64,000 bases of DNA from a virus (taxonomy: Duplodnaviria; Caudoviricetes), in the IMG/VR virus record IMGVR_UViG_3300027971_000001. One strand, given 5' to 3'. The position numbers and the translations under genes were made by a program. Of the stretch, positions 55,941 to 64,000 are shown piece after piece; the stretch's first letter is position 1, and the number at the start of each line of letters is the position of its first letter. The notes under the pieces were generated by a model. That model saw only the letters and a program-made list of their open reading frames with translations, made no database searches and was not told the DNA's origin.

Positions 55941-57731
55941 TTATGTATTTCCTGCTGCTTGTAGTAATTGTTGTGCGGATGGATTCTTAAACTGTTTGTA
56001 TCCGGATGGATAATATGCCACTTGCTTTCTTCCTTTTACAATTTCAACATTTTGTGCATAAACACCACTTTTAGGAGGTTGTACAGTTGCTGATTGTGTT
56101 TTTCCTCCTGCAAGAACATTTTTTTCAAAATTCAATCTTGATTGCTCCGTATCAAAATATATATCAACTGTTGCTGTTTTTACCTCTTGTGGTTCTTTAT
56201 TTTCATCTTTTAAACGAATAACGCTTCGCACACTATTAGTATTTCGTCTATTTTTACGAAATACGCCCTGACCTTCCCGATCCATATCCCGTCCACTTGT
56301 ATTTCCTTCAATTGTTGTAAAACTACCATCAGAATTAACTGTTTCAACGATTCCAGTATGGCTATAATTATAAGTTATAATATCTCCGGGTTGAAGTGGT
56401 TTTTCACCAGGCCGAAATATTTCAGCATTACCATTTCTTGCAAAATCTTCCATTCCGTATGCCCTCATGGTTGCTGGTGCAGGTGTGTTGGTTCCTGCAG
56501 TTGCTTGCTGTGTAACTGCACTAACAAAACCTGCACACCATGGTTGACCTTGTGAACCTCCTCCTGCAGAGAAAAATGGATTTAATTGTGACCCTGTATT
56601 ACTGCTTGCATTTTCTGTAACACCCAAATAACTTTGTGCAGCAGTCACAGTTCGAGCACCAACGGAGCTTCCATTCTTAAAGTCAGGATTACTTGGATAA
56701 TATGATTGTGATCCGTCTCCTTTTACAATTCCCCTTTGCCTTGCTGCTGTTTGTTTCACAACATCTGAACCGGTATCCATTGCCACACGAACTCCAATTG
56801 CCGGATTGTCAAAAACAATTTTACTTCCATATGGAATGATTGAAGGATCCACAGCACAGCTTTGACCTTCAACAAGATTTTTTTCTCCGGTTGAACTATC
56901 CTTTTTGGCAGTCCATTCATCTCCTCCTTTTCCTATGGCTTCTTTTGCACCGTATGTTGTTACCACTGCATTAATACGAAAATCATTAGGAGAAACGGCA
57001 TTTGGAACAACAGGTCCTGCTTTTACTTGTGTATTATCTCCTCCTGTTTTACTGGATGCATAACTTTGTGCATTTTGTTTGGTCTGATTGCTGATATTAG
57101 CCGCAGCTATAGATTCACTTCTTTGACGGAATTTAGTAAATGATTGTGTGTCTACTGACAAATCCCTTATTGTTTTTGGGGAAAGGTTTGAAGGAACACT
57201 GGTTTGTATGGAATTCAACAATGAACTTATGTTGGAAACATTCTGTATTCCTTGCAGATTGTTTGTGACCTGGCTTTTTGCAAAATTAAAATTGTTTGTG
57301 TTTATATTGGCAAATTGAGAAAATGTATTGGAAAAAATACTTTGAATATCAACTTCACCTCCGGCAAAATTAGGAATAGGGAAATTGTTTCCTAGATAAG
57401 ATTGGACAATACCCTGTAATTGATTGGTTATGTCCAATCCTTGTGTTACATTTTGTATGGTTTGATCTAATATTTGAGGTGATGGCAATTGTGGAAGAAA
57501 GTCAGTTATAGGAAGATAGTCTTTAATATTTCCAAATTGCATTCCAAAATTGCTCATATTGGAAAATTGAGGTGGCAATTGAACTGAACCGAATATTTGT
57601 TCTGGATTTAATTGGGAAAGTTGCTGCGAAATATCATCAAAAGATGGAACAGATATGATCTTTTTTAGCTGTTTAAGATTCATTTCCGGAGCTAATTTTG
57701 TTAATAATGCCGGTGGAATATCATCTGCCAT
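55941..57731 (-). CDS. Virion-associated peptidoglycan hydrolase: 3D domain with an inserted CHAP domain
   Basis: CAVDPSIIPYGS and AMDTGS, then PWCAGFVS/HTGIV/TIEGNT, then TVDIYFD. Confidence 0.8.
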   Translation of the reverse strand: MADDIPPALLTKLAPEMNLKQLKKIISVPSFDDISQQLSQLNPEQIFGSVQLPPQFSNMSNFGMQFGNIKDYLPITDFLPQLPSPQILDQTIQNVTQGLDITNQLQGIVQSYLGNNFPIPNFAGGEVDIQSIFSNTFSQFANINTNNFNFAKSQVTNNLQGIQNVSNISSLLNSIQTSVPSNLSPKTIRDLSVDTQSFTKFRQRSESIAAANISNQTKQNAQSYASSKTGGDNTQVKAGPVVPNAVSPNDFRINAVVTTYGAKEAIGKGGDEWTAKKDSSTGEKNLVEGQSCAVDPSIIPYGSKIVFDNPAIGVRVAMDTGSDVVKQTAARQRGIVKGDGSQSYYPSNPDFKNGSSVGARTVTAAQSYLGVTENASSNTGSQLNPFFSAGGGSQGQPWCAGFVSAVTQQATAGTNTPAPATMRAYGMEDFARNGNAEIFRPGEKPLQPGDIITYNYSHTGIVETVNSDGSFTTIEGNTSGRDMDREGQGVFRKNRRNTNSVRSVIRLKDENKEPQEVKTATVDIYFDTEQSRLNFEKNVLAGGKTQSATVQPPKSGVYAQNVEIVKGRKQVAYYPSGYKQFKNPSAQQLLQAAGNT

Positions 57732-57805
57732 AGTATAAAATTATTTATGAAAGAAAATCTTTTTACAATGTTGAAAAACCCTTATCATTTAGTAACATAA
57801 ATGAA

Positions 57806-58363
57806 TTGAAAATAGCATTTTCCGGACCTCAAGCATCAGGTAAAAGCACAGTTATCAAGCATTTGCTAGATAATTTTTTGAAAAAAGAGGAGTATTCTTT
57901 TATCAAAGGAGGAGCCAGAAAATTGAAAGATTGTGGTTTTGAAATAAATGAAAAAGGAACAGATTTGTCTCAAGTTCTGCTGTTTAATTCATATATTGAT
58001 GATTTATTGATTAAGCCAAAACAAACAATAACAAAGCATTACATTTATGATCGTTGGTTGTTGGATGGTCTTGTTTATTGTGATTGGTCTGTCAGCATAG
58101 GAAAAAACAGCCCATGGGTTTATGATTATGGTCAATTAATGCTCAAAATGATTCACAGTGAAATTGATATACTGTTTTATTGTGATACTGAAGGTGTTCC
58201 TGTTGAAAATGACAATTACAGGAACGTTGATGAAGAATATCGAACTGTCATTCGATCCATCTTTGAAAATTATCTAAAAGAACCGATTGTTAAATTTAAA
58301 AAAGTGGTGTATCTGACCGGCCCTTTGAAGGATAGAACATCAAAGGTACTTAACGAACTTTAG
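57806..58363 (+). CDS. P-loop nucleotide-kinase-like protein (paralogue of 13708-14430)
   Basis: IAFSGPQASGKST; IYDRWLLDGLVY. Confidence 0.7.
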   Translation: MKIAFSGPQASGKSTVIKHLLDNFLKKEEYSFIKGGARKLKDCGFEINEKGTDLSQVLLFNSYIDDLLIKPKQTITKHYIYDRWLLDGLVYCDWSVSIGKNSPWVYDYGQLMLKMIHSEIDILFYCDTEGVPVENDNYRNVDEEYRTVIRSIFENYLKEPIVKFKKVVYLTGPLKDRTSKVLNEL

Positions 58364-58770
58364 AGATAACCTAAAAGACTGAGACGGCGAATATTAGGTG
58401 AAACAGATTCAGCGCCATTATTTGTCAATGTTTGCAATGATGGAGCAGCAGTAGCAGTTGCTGCAGTGAAAAGAGAGCTTGTACGGTTTTTATATATGAT
58501 TGCAAATTGAACACCATTATAAGCACTGTCAACACGCAATCTAATGCTATCTTGACCAACAACACCAGAAGCAACAGTATTGGCAGATAATGTTACCAAA
58601 GTGTTTGTTAGGGCAACCGGAGGATTGTTAAATGCAACAGATTCGACATTTGATCCAACAATATGAAGTGCCACACCAGCAGCGCTCAAACTGTAATTGT
58701 TTGTAGCTGTCATGTCCGGGTTAAAATTGTCTGGATCCAAAACTTGATTAGGGAAACTTAGTATTGCCAT
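58360..58770 (-). CDS. Putative virion structural protein
   Basis: A/S/T/N-rich; TAAATA 6 nt upstream. Confidence 0.55.
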   Translation of the reverse strand: MAILSFPNQVLDPDNFNPDMTATNNYSLSAAGVALHIVGSNVESVAFNNPPVALTNTLVTLSANTVASGVVGQDSIRLRVDSAYNGVQFAIIYKNRTSSLFTAATATAAPSLQTLTNNGAESVSPNIRRLSLLGYL

Positions 58771-58802
58771 ATAATATATTTATTCTTTTTTTAATATTTT
58801 TT

Positions 58803-59015
58803 TTAATATAATCCTATTTTAGTTTTTACAACATCCCAAAGAAAAGTAGCTACTGCAGAAACAGTTATAGCACCACCAATAATTTTAGTTTTAAATTTTT
58901 CAACAGTTGTTAAACGATCATGGTGATCATCAATTTTATTGATAATATGATCAATTTTTGTTTCCATGCGGACAACCCGTTCTCGCACATCCATGATATC
59001 GTCTTGATAAGGCAT
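58803..59015 (-). CDS. Small membrane protein, holin/XhlA-like
   Basis: Coiled coil followed by one hydrophobic helix IIGGAITVSAVATFLW. Confidence 0.55.
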   Translation of the reverse strand: MPYQDDIMDVRERVVRMETKIDHIINKIDDHHDRLTTVEKFKTKIIGGAITVSAVATFLWDVVKTKIGLY

Positions 59016-59039
59016 AATAAAGTTTTAAATATTTATTAT

Positions 59040-59336
59040 TTAAGGTGTTGGAATTGTTAAAATTTTAGGTAAAAACTTAAAATTTGAAGGATCCAACTCT
59101 TTCATTCTTTCCAATTTAGGATTTATCATTTTTTCCCAAACACGTTTAGTTATTTCGTATCTCTTTTGTAATATATCTTTCTTTTCTTCTTGGTCAATTA
59201 GTATATTTTCTTCTATTTTCTGTGTATTAATTATATAATTATTAAAATCATTTATTAGAGCTGTAAGTTGATCAAATTCCTGTTCACCACTATAAGGAAT
59301 GTTGAATTCTTTTAAAAATACCTTCTTTAGCTGCAT
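59040..59336 (-). CDS. Late hypothetical protein
   Basis: Full TATAAATA 6 nt upstream. Confidence 0.6.
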   Translation of the reverse strand: MQLKKVFLKEFNIPYSGEQEFDQLTALINDFNNYIINTQKIEENILIDQEEKKDILQKRYEITKRVWEKMINPKLERMKELDPSNFKFLPKILTIPTP

Positions 59337-59349
59337 ATTATATATTTAT

Positions 59350-59387
59350 AAAAAAAGAGGGGGATCTTTCGATCCCCCCCTCTTTTT
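59350..59387 (-). terminator. Rho-independent terminator downstream of the major capsid gene
   Basis: Minus strand GAGGGGGGGATC-GAAA-GATCCCCCTC-T7, with a T-run on the other strand too. Confidence 0.85.
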
Positions 59388-59447
59388 AAAACTTCACGGG
59401 ACGTACCGTGTGAAAAATTTTCTTTTACATGCCAGGATCTACTTTTT

Positions 59448-60941
59448 TTAGAAGTAGACGCTCTGTGTGGCAGGTGTGAACGGCTGACCCAGACCAACGA
59501 CAATAATGACGTGGTAGTACAGGTTAGCCCCGAAGATATTATCCACAACGCCGTAACGAGTCATCAATCCAACGCGAGGCGAGAAGTCGTTAGGACCAAT
59601 CGTTCTCTGGACGAGGACTGGGATGTACGGGCAATAGATGATACCTGTGTCGTAATACTCCGGACCCTTGTACCCGAGTAGTGCATACTCGAGGCGGGTG
59701 CTACGCTGCGGGTTAGTGAGAGTTCCCGGATATGCTCCGAGGTTCTCAGCCTGCGCGTCTGTGCGTGTATCACGATACACATTAAACCGACCACCGAGAT
59801 TTCCAACCTTGGAAACGCCAACAGGTTGAGTGTTGACATTGCCTTGGACGGGAACCCACTGGAATTCAGGAAGCATTTCCAATATGGCGCAAACGCGAGG
59901 TGTTGCAACAATGAAGTTGGCAGCACCACGACGGTTACGAACCGCAATGCGGTTAGCTTCGATGATTAGTCTCTGGTAGAAGTCACGATTACGTTCAACT
60001 AGCCAGCGACCATCAGCGGAAGCGGGAGACCATACGGAATATCCTGATCCGAAGCCAGCATTGAGGGCAACCTGAATCATACGAATGATCATCTCACGGT
60101 CAATTTCTGCCTGTAGCTCATAGCTCATAGCATTTGTCAACTCGGTGTCGATGTCGATACCATTCATATTCTTCAAGTCTTGTTCAAGCTCTACGGACCA
60201 GCGAGCAGCAAGCCTACGGGTTCCTGCTTCGACTGCAGTTTTCTCGAAAGAAACTTCAATCTGAGGAATCTTACCGGTAAGTTCGAAGTTACCCAGGATC
60301 TGAGCAACACCCTGATCGGTGCCGAGCATTGTGAATTGATCATAATACGGCTGCGAAGGGGATGCGCCAGAGAGCTGAGAAGACGAAGTACCAGTATAAC
60401 GGGTGTCAAGGAGTTGATATCCAAGTTCAGCACCGTTAGAAGGATTGGCAGGTGTTATGGCGGCATTTGCGTTAGTTCCGCTACCGTCAACGCCAGAATT
60501 ACCCAATTGTTTATTGAGGTACTTATAGCGAAGAGCGAAAGCAAGACCGACGGGACCACTCATAGGTTGAACACCTACTATCTCGTTGGTGATTAGTTCG
60601 GGGAATGTACGACGAATCATCGGGATCAGAATCTTGGGCAGACGTGCATCTCCCTTAGCATAGTCGTCACCAGCGGTGATCTTGCCAGGGGGATTGAACG
60701 AAGCTCCAATAGATGTACCTGAACCGAAAACACCACCGCTAGCGGCAGTGTTATCTTCATTAACCATGCACCATTGCTCTTGGTTTTCCAAAAGCATGGC
60801 GGTGTTGAGACGTGTGTGATCGTCTTCGATAGCCCGGACAGAATCCGAGGTATAATCGAGGACGGGTGCCCACTTCTCTAGAAGGGTTTTAGCGCGACTC
60901 TGATTGATGTAACTCGTGGGAGGAGCGATACGCTTACTCAT
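59448..60941 (-). CDS. gp23: Major capsid protein
   Basis: LLEKWAPVLD, MIRR, VGVQPMSGPVGLAFALR, RRLAARWSVELEQDL, GIIYCPYIP. Confidence 0.98.
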   Translation of the reverse strand: MSKRIAPPTSYINQSRAKTLLEKWAPVLDYTSDSVRAIEDDHTRLNTAMLLENQEQWCMVNEDNTAASGGVFGSGTSIGASFNPPGKITAGDDYAKGDARLPKILIPMIRRTFPELITNEIVGVQPMSGPVGLAFALRYKYLNKQLGNSGVDGSGTNANAAITPANPSNGAELGYQLLDTRYTGTSSSQLSGASPSQPYYDQFTMLGTDQGVAQILGNFELTGKIPQIEVSFEKTAVEAGTRRLAARWSVELEQDLKNMNGIDIDTELTNAMSYELQAEIDREMIIRMIQVALNAGFGSGYSVWSPASADGRWLVERNRDFYQRLIIEANRIAVRNRRGAANFIVATPRVCAILEMLPEFQWVPVQGNVNTQPVGVSKVGNLGGRFNVYRDTRTDAQAENLGAYPGTLTNPQRSTRLEYALLGYKGPEYYDTGIIYCPYIPVLVQRTIGPNDFSPRVGLMTRYGVVDNIFGANLYYHVIIVVGLGQPFTPATQSVYF

Positions 60942-60974
60942 TTTATTACATTCTCCTTTATAAAATATCGACCA

Positions 60975-60990
60975 GTAGCAAATTTGCTAC
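60975..60990. promoter_or_regulatory. Perfect 16-bp palindrome in the gp22-gp23 intergenic leader
   Basis: GTAGCAAATTTGCTAC; an AAGGAG Shine-Dalgarno-like motif lies closer to the gp23 start. Confidence 0.6.
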
Positions 60991-61019
60991 CAAATAATCT
61001 CAGGTATAAACCTCAGAAA

Positions 61020-61895
61020 TCACCAGCGACCAAGTTCGTTGAGATAGCTGTTTGTCGATTCGTTAGCTTCAGAAGCAGGCTTTTCAGCAGCTTCTTCTAC
61101 TACGACACGATCAACAGTTTCAGTTTGCTCAACGGCTTCGTCGCGTATGTTTGAAAGACGCTCCTCTTCAGTATTATTAAAGAGTTTAAGAGTGTAATCA
61201 TAGTTCTCATTAATGAACTCAACATCTTTGTTACCCAGAAGCTTCGCGATATATTTCTTCTTGTTTTCAGGAAGATCACGAGTTTTCTGTTCTAGTAACA
61301 GAGAGGCTTTCGCCTGATTGAGTTCTTTTTCAAGAACTACACTGCGCTCTTTTGCGCTTTCAAGCTCTTTACGAGCTTCATCTAATTGTTTCTTTCCGTC
61401 CATTACTGCTTCACGAATGCTTTCTTGGGCAGTCGCTGCATCAACGGCGAGAAGATTGCGGACCTTGCCGAGAACGTCAACAGCACGACGATTAGTCACT
61501 GCTTTTTTGATGTCTTCTGCAGGTACAACTTCATCAAGATAAGCTTCCAAATAGGTGCTAATATCATTGATGGTTTCGGATTTGAAAGATTTAGCTTCGT
61601 TAGAAAGTGCAGACTGATATTTTTCTACGATAGACTTGAGTTTATCTGAATGATTTTCATCGATAGCAGATACAACCTTGTTTAGTTTAGAAACGTGATC
61701 TTTATCGATTGCTTCAACGAGGGATTCTAGCTTTTTGCTATGATCTTCGTCTTGTTCGACAAGAGCTTTTTCAACGTGAATCTTGACTTTTTCATTCACG
61801 CTAGCTTCAAAAGCTTGCTGAATTTCATTCAAGGTTTGTTCCGAAAGAATATCCTTTGTGGCTTCTTTTAGTACATCTACAACGTTTTTGCTCAT
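61020..61895 (-). CDS. gp22: Prohead core scaffold
   Basis: Coiled-coil, acidic; EQDEDHSKKLE; between the protease and the capsid gene. Confidence 0.85.
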   Translation of the reverse strand: MSKNVVDVLKEATKDILSEQTLNEIQQAFEASVNEKVKIHVEKALVEQDEDHSKKLESLVEAIDKDHVSKLNKVVSAIDENHSDKLKSIVEKYQSALSNEAKSFKSETINDISTYLEAYLDEVVPAEDIKKAVTNRRAVDVLGKVRNLLAVDAATAQESIREAVMDGKKQLDEARKELESAKERSVVLEKELNQAKASLLLEQKTRDLPENKKKYIAKLLGNKDVEFINENYDYTLKLFNNTEEERLSNIRDEAVEQTETVDRVVVEEAAEKPASEANESTNSYLNELGRW

Positions 61896-61935
61896 AAAAT
61901 TATTTATTTATTTCCTCGTTATTTTTTTGATTTTT

Positions 61936-62085
61936 TTACTTTTTTAAATCCTTAACAGCGTTCTGTATACGATTTTGCAATTTAATATCCATAACAGCTT
62001 GAAGGGATTTTTTGGCACTAGAATAATCTTTTTCAGTAAGACACTTCAGAAAATTGTTAATCAAAGATTTTTGTTTAATGTCCAT
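61936..62085 (-). CDS. Small prohead core protein, gp67-like (not in ORF track)
   Basis: MDIKQKSLINNFLKCLTEKDYSSAKKSLQAVMDIKLQNRIQNAVKDLKK; TAAATA 9 nt upstream; lies in the head gene cluster. Confidence 0.6.
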   Translation of the reverse strand: MDIKQKSLINNFLKCLTEKDYSSAKKSLQAVMDIKLQNRIQNAVKDLKK

Positions 62086-62097
62086 GTGTTTTTATAT

Positions 62098-62778
62098 TTA
62101 GCTCTTTGCACTCAATTTTCTAAAGAAAAGAACAACTTGTTCTTTCAAAAATGCTTCAACATCAGTACGAGGAAGGTTGAAAAGGGCAGATGTAAAGCTG
62201 TCATATATCTCTTCATAATGACCACTTTCTTTCAAAACAAACTGTTTACTTTCCAAAATACCATCAACAAAAGCTTTGGGGAACGACGGATCAGCAACAC
62301 AATCAATTGCAACCAAACGAAGATCGGAAACCTTGTTTATTCCGTTTGATCCTTCGCTAAGTTTTCCTAGAGCACGGCTGCTCATTCCTACCTTTACTCC
62401 GTCCTGTATCAAACTCTTAACAATCATTCCCATAGGAGTGCTGAGAACTTTGCTTTTACCGTAAAAAACATTTCCATCCTGACGAAGTTCAGTAACCATG
62501 TGACAAACACGTTCCAAATTAACTTCAGGAGTTTGAGGATGATTCAATTCACCCATGCTACGGTGATTCTTGATCATTTCATTTGTGTAACGACCAACTT
62601 CTTTGGTCATTTCTTCAAGATTGTAGATTCGACGATTACGATTGGCTTGTTCTGCCATCATGTAAGGACCTTTGATATAAAGAGTGGCCGGTTGGTTGGG
62701 ATTTTTTTCTTCCAACACGTATTCGAAATCATCATTAGATGCGGGACGTTCTACAATAAGTTTTAAACCATCATTCAT
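62098..62778 (-). CDS. gp21: Prohead maturation protease
   Basis: NRNRRIY, MGELNHP, KVLSTPMG, GMSSRALG, DCVADPS. Confidence 0.95.
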   Translation of the reverse strand: MNDGLKLIVERPASNDDFEYVLEEKNPNQPATLYIKGPYMMAEQANRNRRIYNLEEMTKEVGRYTNEMIKNHRSMGELNHPQTPEVNLERVCHMVTELRQDGNVFYGKSKVLSTPMGMIVKSLIQDGVKVGMSSRALGKLSEGSNGINKVSDLRLVAIDCVADPSFPKAFVDGILESKQFVLKESGHYEEIYDSFTSALFNLPRTDVEAFLKEQVVLFFRKLSAKS

Positions 62779-62803
62779 GGATATAATTATTTATATAAAT
62801 TAT

Positions 62804-63277
62804 CTATTTTTTCGAGTTATTTATTTTTAAATCTTTCTCTGTGAGGATAATGAACTCCGTATCATGGCTTTTTGCCCATTTTTTAGCAGCTTCCCATTTT
62901 GAACAATTTGTTATGTAAGTCATTTGTTCATAGAGAATTGTGGCTTTTCTGCATCTACTATTTTCAAAATTAGGTTTTCTGGTTTGTTTTTCAGGTTTTA
63001 TTTCAACAAGATATTTTTTATAAATTTCTCCTTCTTTTATTACCATATTTAAATCCACATGATACAACCTAGTGGTTTTGGCAAACGGATGAAAGTAAGG
63101 AATTTTTATGCTTTCACTGGCCCAGCGGGAAACATTCGGATTATCATCACAAAAACGAAAAAATTTCAGCTCATATGATGAACGATACAAGATTGGTTTT
63201 TTTCCGACATATTTTTTTTCGTTTTTAGGAACAAAAATTCCTTGAATGAATTTGCTGTTTTTTTGTAAAGGTATCAT
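62804..63277 (-). CDS. gp4: Head completion nuclease (TnsA-like)
   Basis: YRSSYELKFFRFCDDNPNV..WASE, YHVD, LVEIKP, KWEAAK, ILTEK. Confidence 0.9.
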   Translation of the reverse strand: MIPLQKNSKFIQGIFVPKNEKKYVGKKPILYRSSYELKFFRFCDDNPNVSRWASESIKIPYFHPFAKTTRLYHVDLNMVIKEGEIYKKYLVEIKPEKQTRKPNFENSRCRKATILYEQMTYITNCSKWEAAKKWAKSHDTEFIILTEKDLKINNSKK

Positions 63278-63293
63278 TCAGGATATTTTTAAA

Positions 63294-64000
63294 TTATCCT
63301 ACCAACATTTGAACAGGGCTTGCATCACCCAAACCCGGAGCAGAACCTTCGTAAAGTCTCTTTTCCAAAGCTTCTTTTTCACGCAATCCTTGTTGCAACA
63401 TATCGTTATAATTCAACTGTCCACCTCCGAAAAGATTTACAGCTGTATACTTTCCACGAACATGACCAATGGATATTTTTGTAAGAGCCAATGAATACTG
63501 TTGAACCCATTGTTCTTGGATTAGTTGTTGAACAGGACGTTCCACATAACAATTAATGATACCATAAAATCTAGATCCAGATCCAGGTGTACGGGGTGGC
63601 GGAAACATCTGAAGATACTGTGTACGTTCATCAAATTTTACAGAACGAGGTATGCTCAATAGCTTATCACGATTTTTTAACCAATCTTTCAAAATATACC
63701 AACTGATAAGATCAAAACCATAATTTCCCATTGAATAACTGAAATAAGTTTGCTGGGCCAATGTTTGTTCAATTGTGAAAAGAGTGTTTACTCCATCAGA
63801 TGAACCTTCCTCAAAATATCTCAAATCAATAACCTTCCTGTATGTTTGAATCAAATAATCATAACTATTCATAATAGACAATTGGTCGGGGAGATTCCCT
63901 TTTGGATCTGCTTCAGATACTTGAAACGCCAAAGGATTTGTTGGATCACCAATTACCATGCTACCTATATTATACATGCTATTGATGCTGGTGTTGCGAA
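63294..64000 (-). CDS. gp13: Neck protein, gp13-like, 5'-truncated by the window edge
   Basis: WVQQYSLALTKISIGHVRGKY...GGGQLN; frame stays open upstream of 63977 to the edge. Confidence 0.75.
   Translation of the reverse strand, partial: RNTSINSMYNIGSMVIGDPTNPLAFQVSEADPKGNLPDQLSIMNSYDYLIQTYRKVIDLRYFEEGSSDGVNTLFTIEQTLAQQTYFSYSMGNYGFDLISWYILKDWLKNRDKLLSIPRSVKFDERTQYLQMFPPPRTPGSGSRFYGIINCYVERPVQQLIQEQWVQQYSLALTKISIGHVRGKYTAVNLFGGGQLNYNDMLQQGLREKEALEKRLYEGSAPGLGDASPVQMLVG

Noticed and set aside
59395-59412. Small CACGG/CCGTG hairpin between the gp23 stop and the terminator as an ncRNA or tRNA remnant
   Set aside because: Only a 5-bp stem; no cloverleaf or other supporting structure.
59564-60596. 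Long alternative-frame and antisense ORFs over gp23 (also over many other genes)
   Set aside because: Expected shadows of biased codon usage; no motifs or promoters support them.
1-64000. CRISPR array or mini-array
   Set aside because: No regularly spaced 25-45-bp direct repeats seen; intergenic gaps are too short and the only tandem repeats are coding.
1-64000. Stop-codon reassignment
   Set aside because: Core genes are full length in the standard code and tile the window without unexplained gaps.

Overview
A densely coding, AT-rich 64 kb segment of a large T4-like myovirus genome, cut through genes at both ends. Left to right: (1) an 11-gene translationally coupled sugar/glycan-modification cluster; (2) tail-fibre-like virion genes, a P-loop kinase and phoH; (3) small late genes, many starting with a shared M-x-F..L-x-E leader resembling a capsid-targeting signal, including an ArdC-like protein and an aspartic protease; (4) a phosphoesterase with two tandem winged-helix-like genes; (5) the T4-type replication/recombination core (uvsY, uvsW, 55, 47, 46, 43, uvsX, 41, 59-like, 32, 45) with glycosyltransferases interleaved; (6) three paralogous seven-repeat beta-propeller proteins; (7) several cell-wall hydrolases; (8) baseplate and head genes (5-like, 23, 22, 67-like, 21, 4, 13-like). 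The most striking observation is an 81-aa gene at 24620-24865 carrying a 30/42-identical copy of the predicted mature N-terminus of the major capsid protein, plus a lysine-rich tail. Late TAAATA boxes sit 5-6 nt before at least 20 start codons, implying largely leaderless late mRNAs. I saw no tRNA, rRNA, CRISPR array, reverse transcriptase, integrase or recoding. All family calls come from motif recognition by eye, not database searches.
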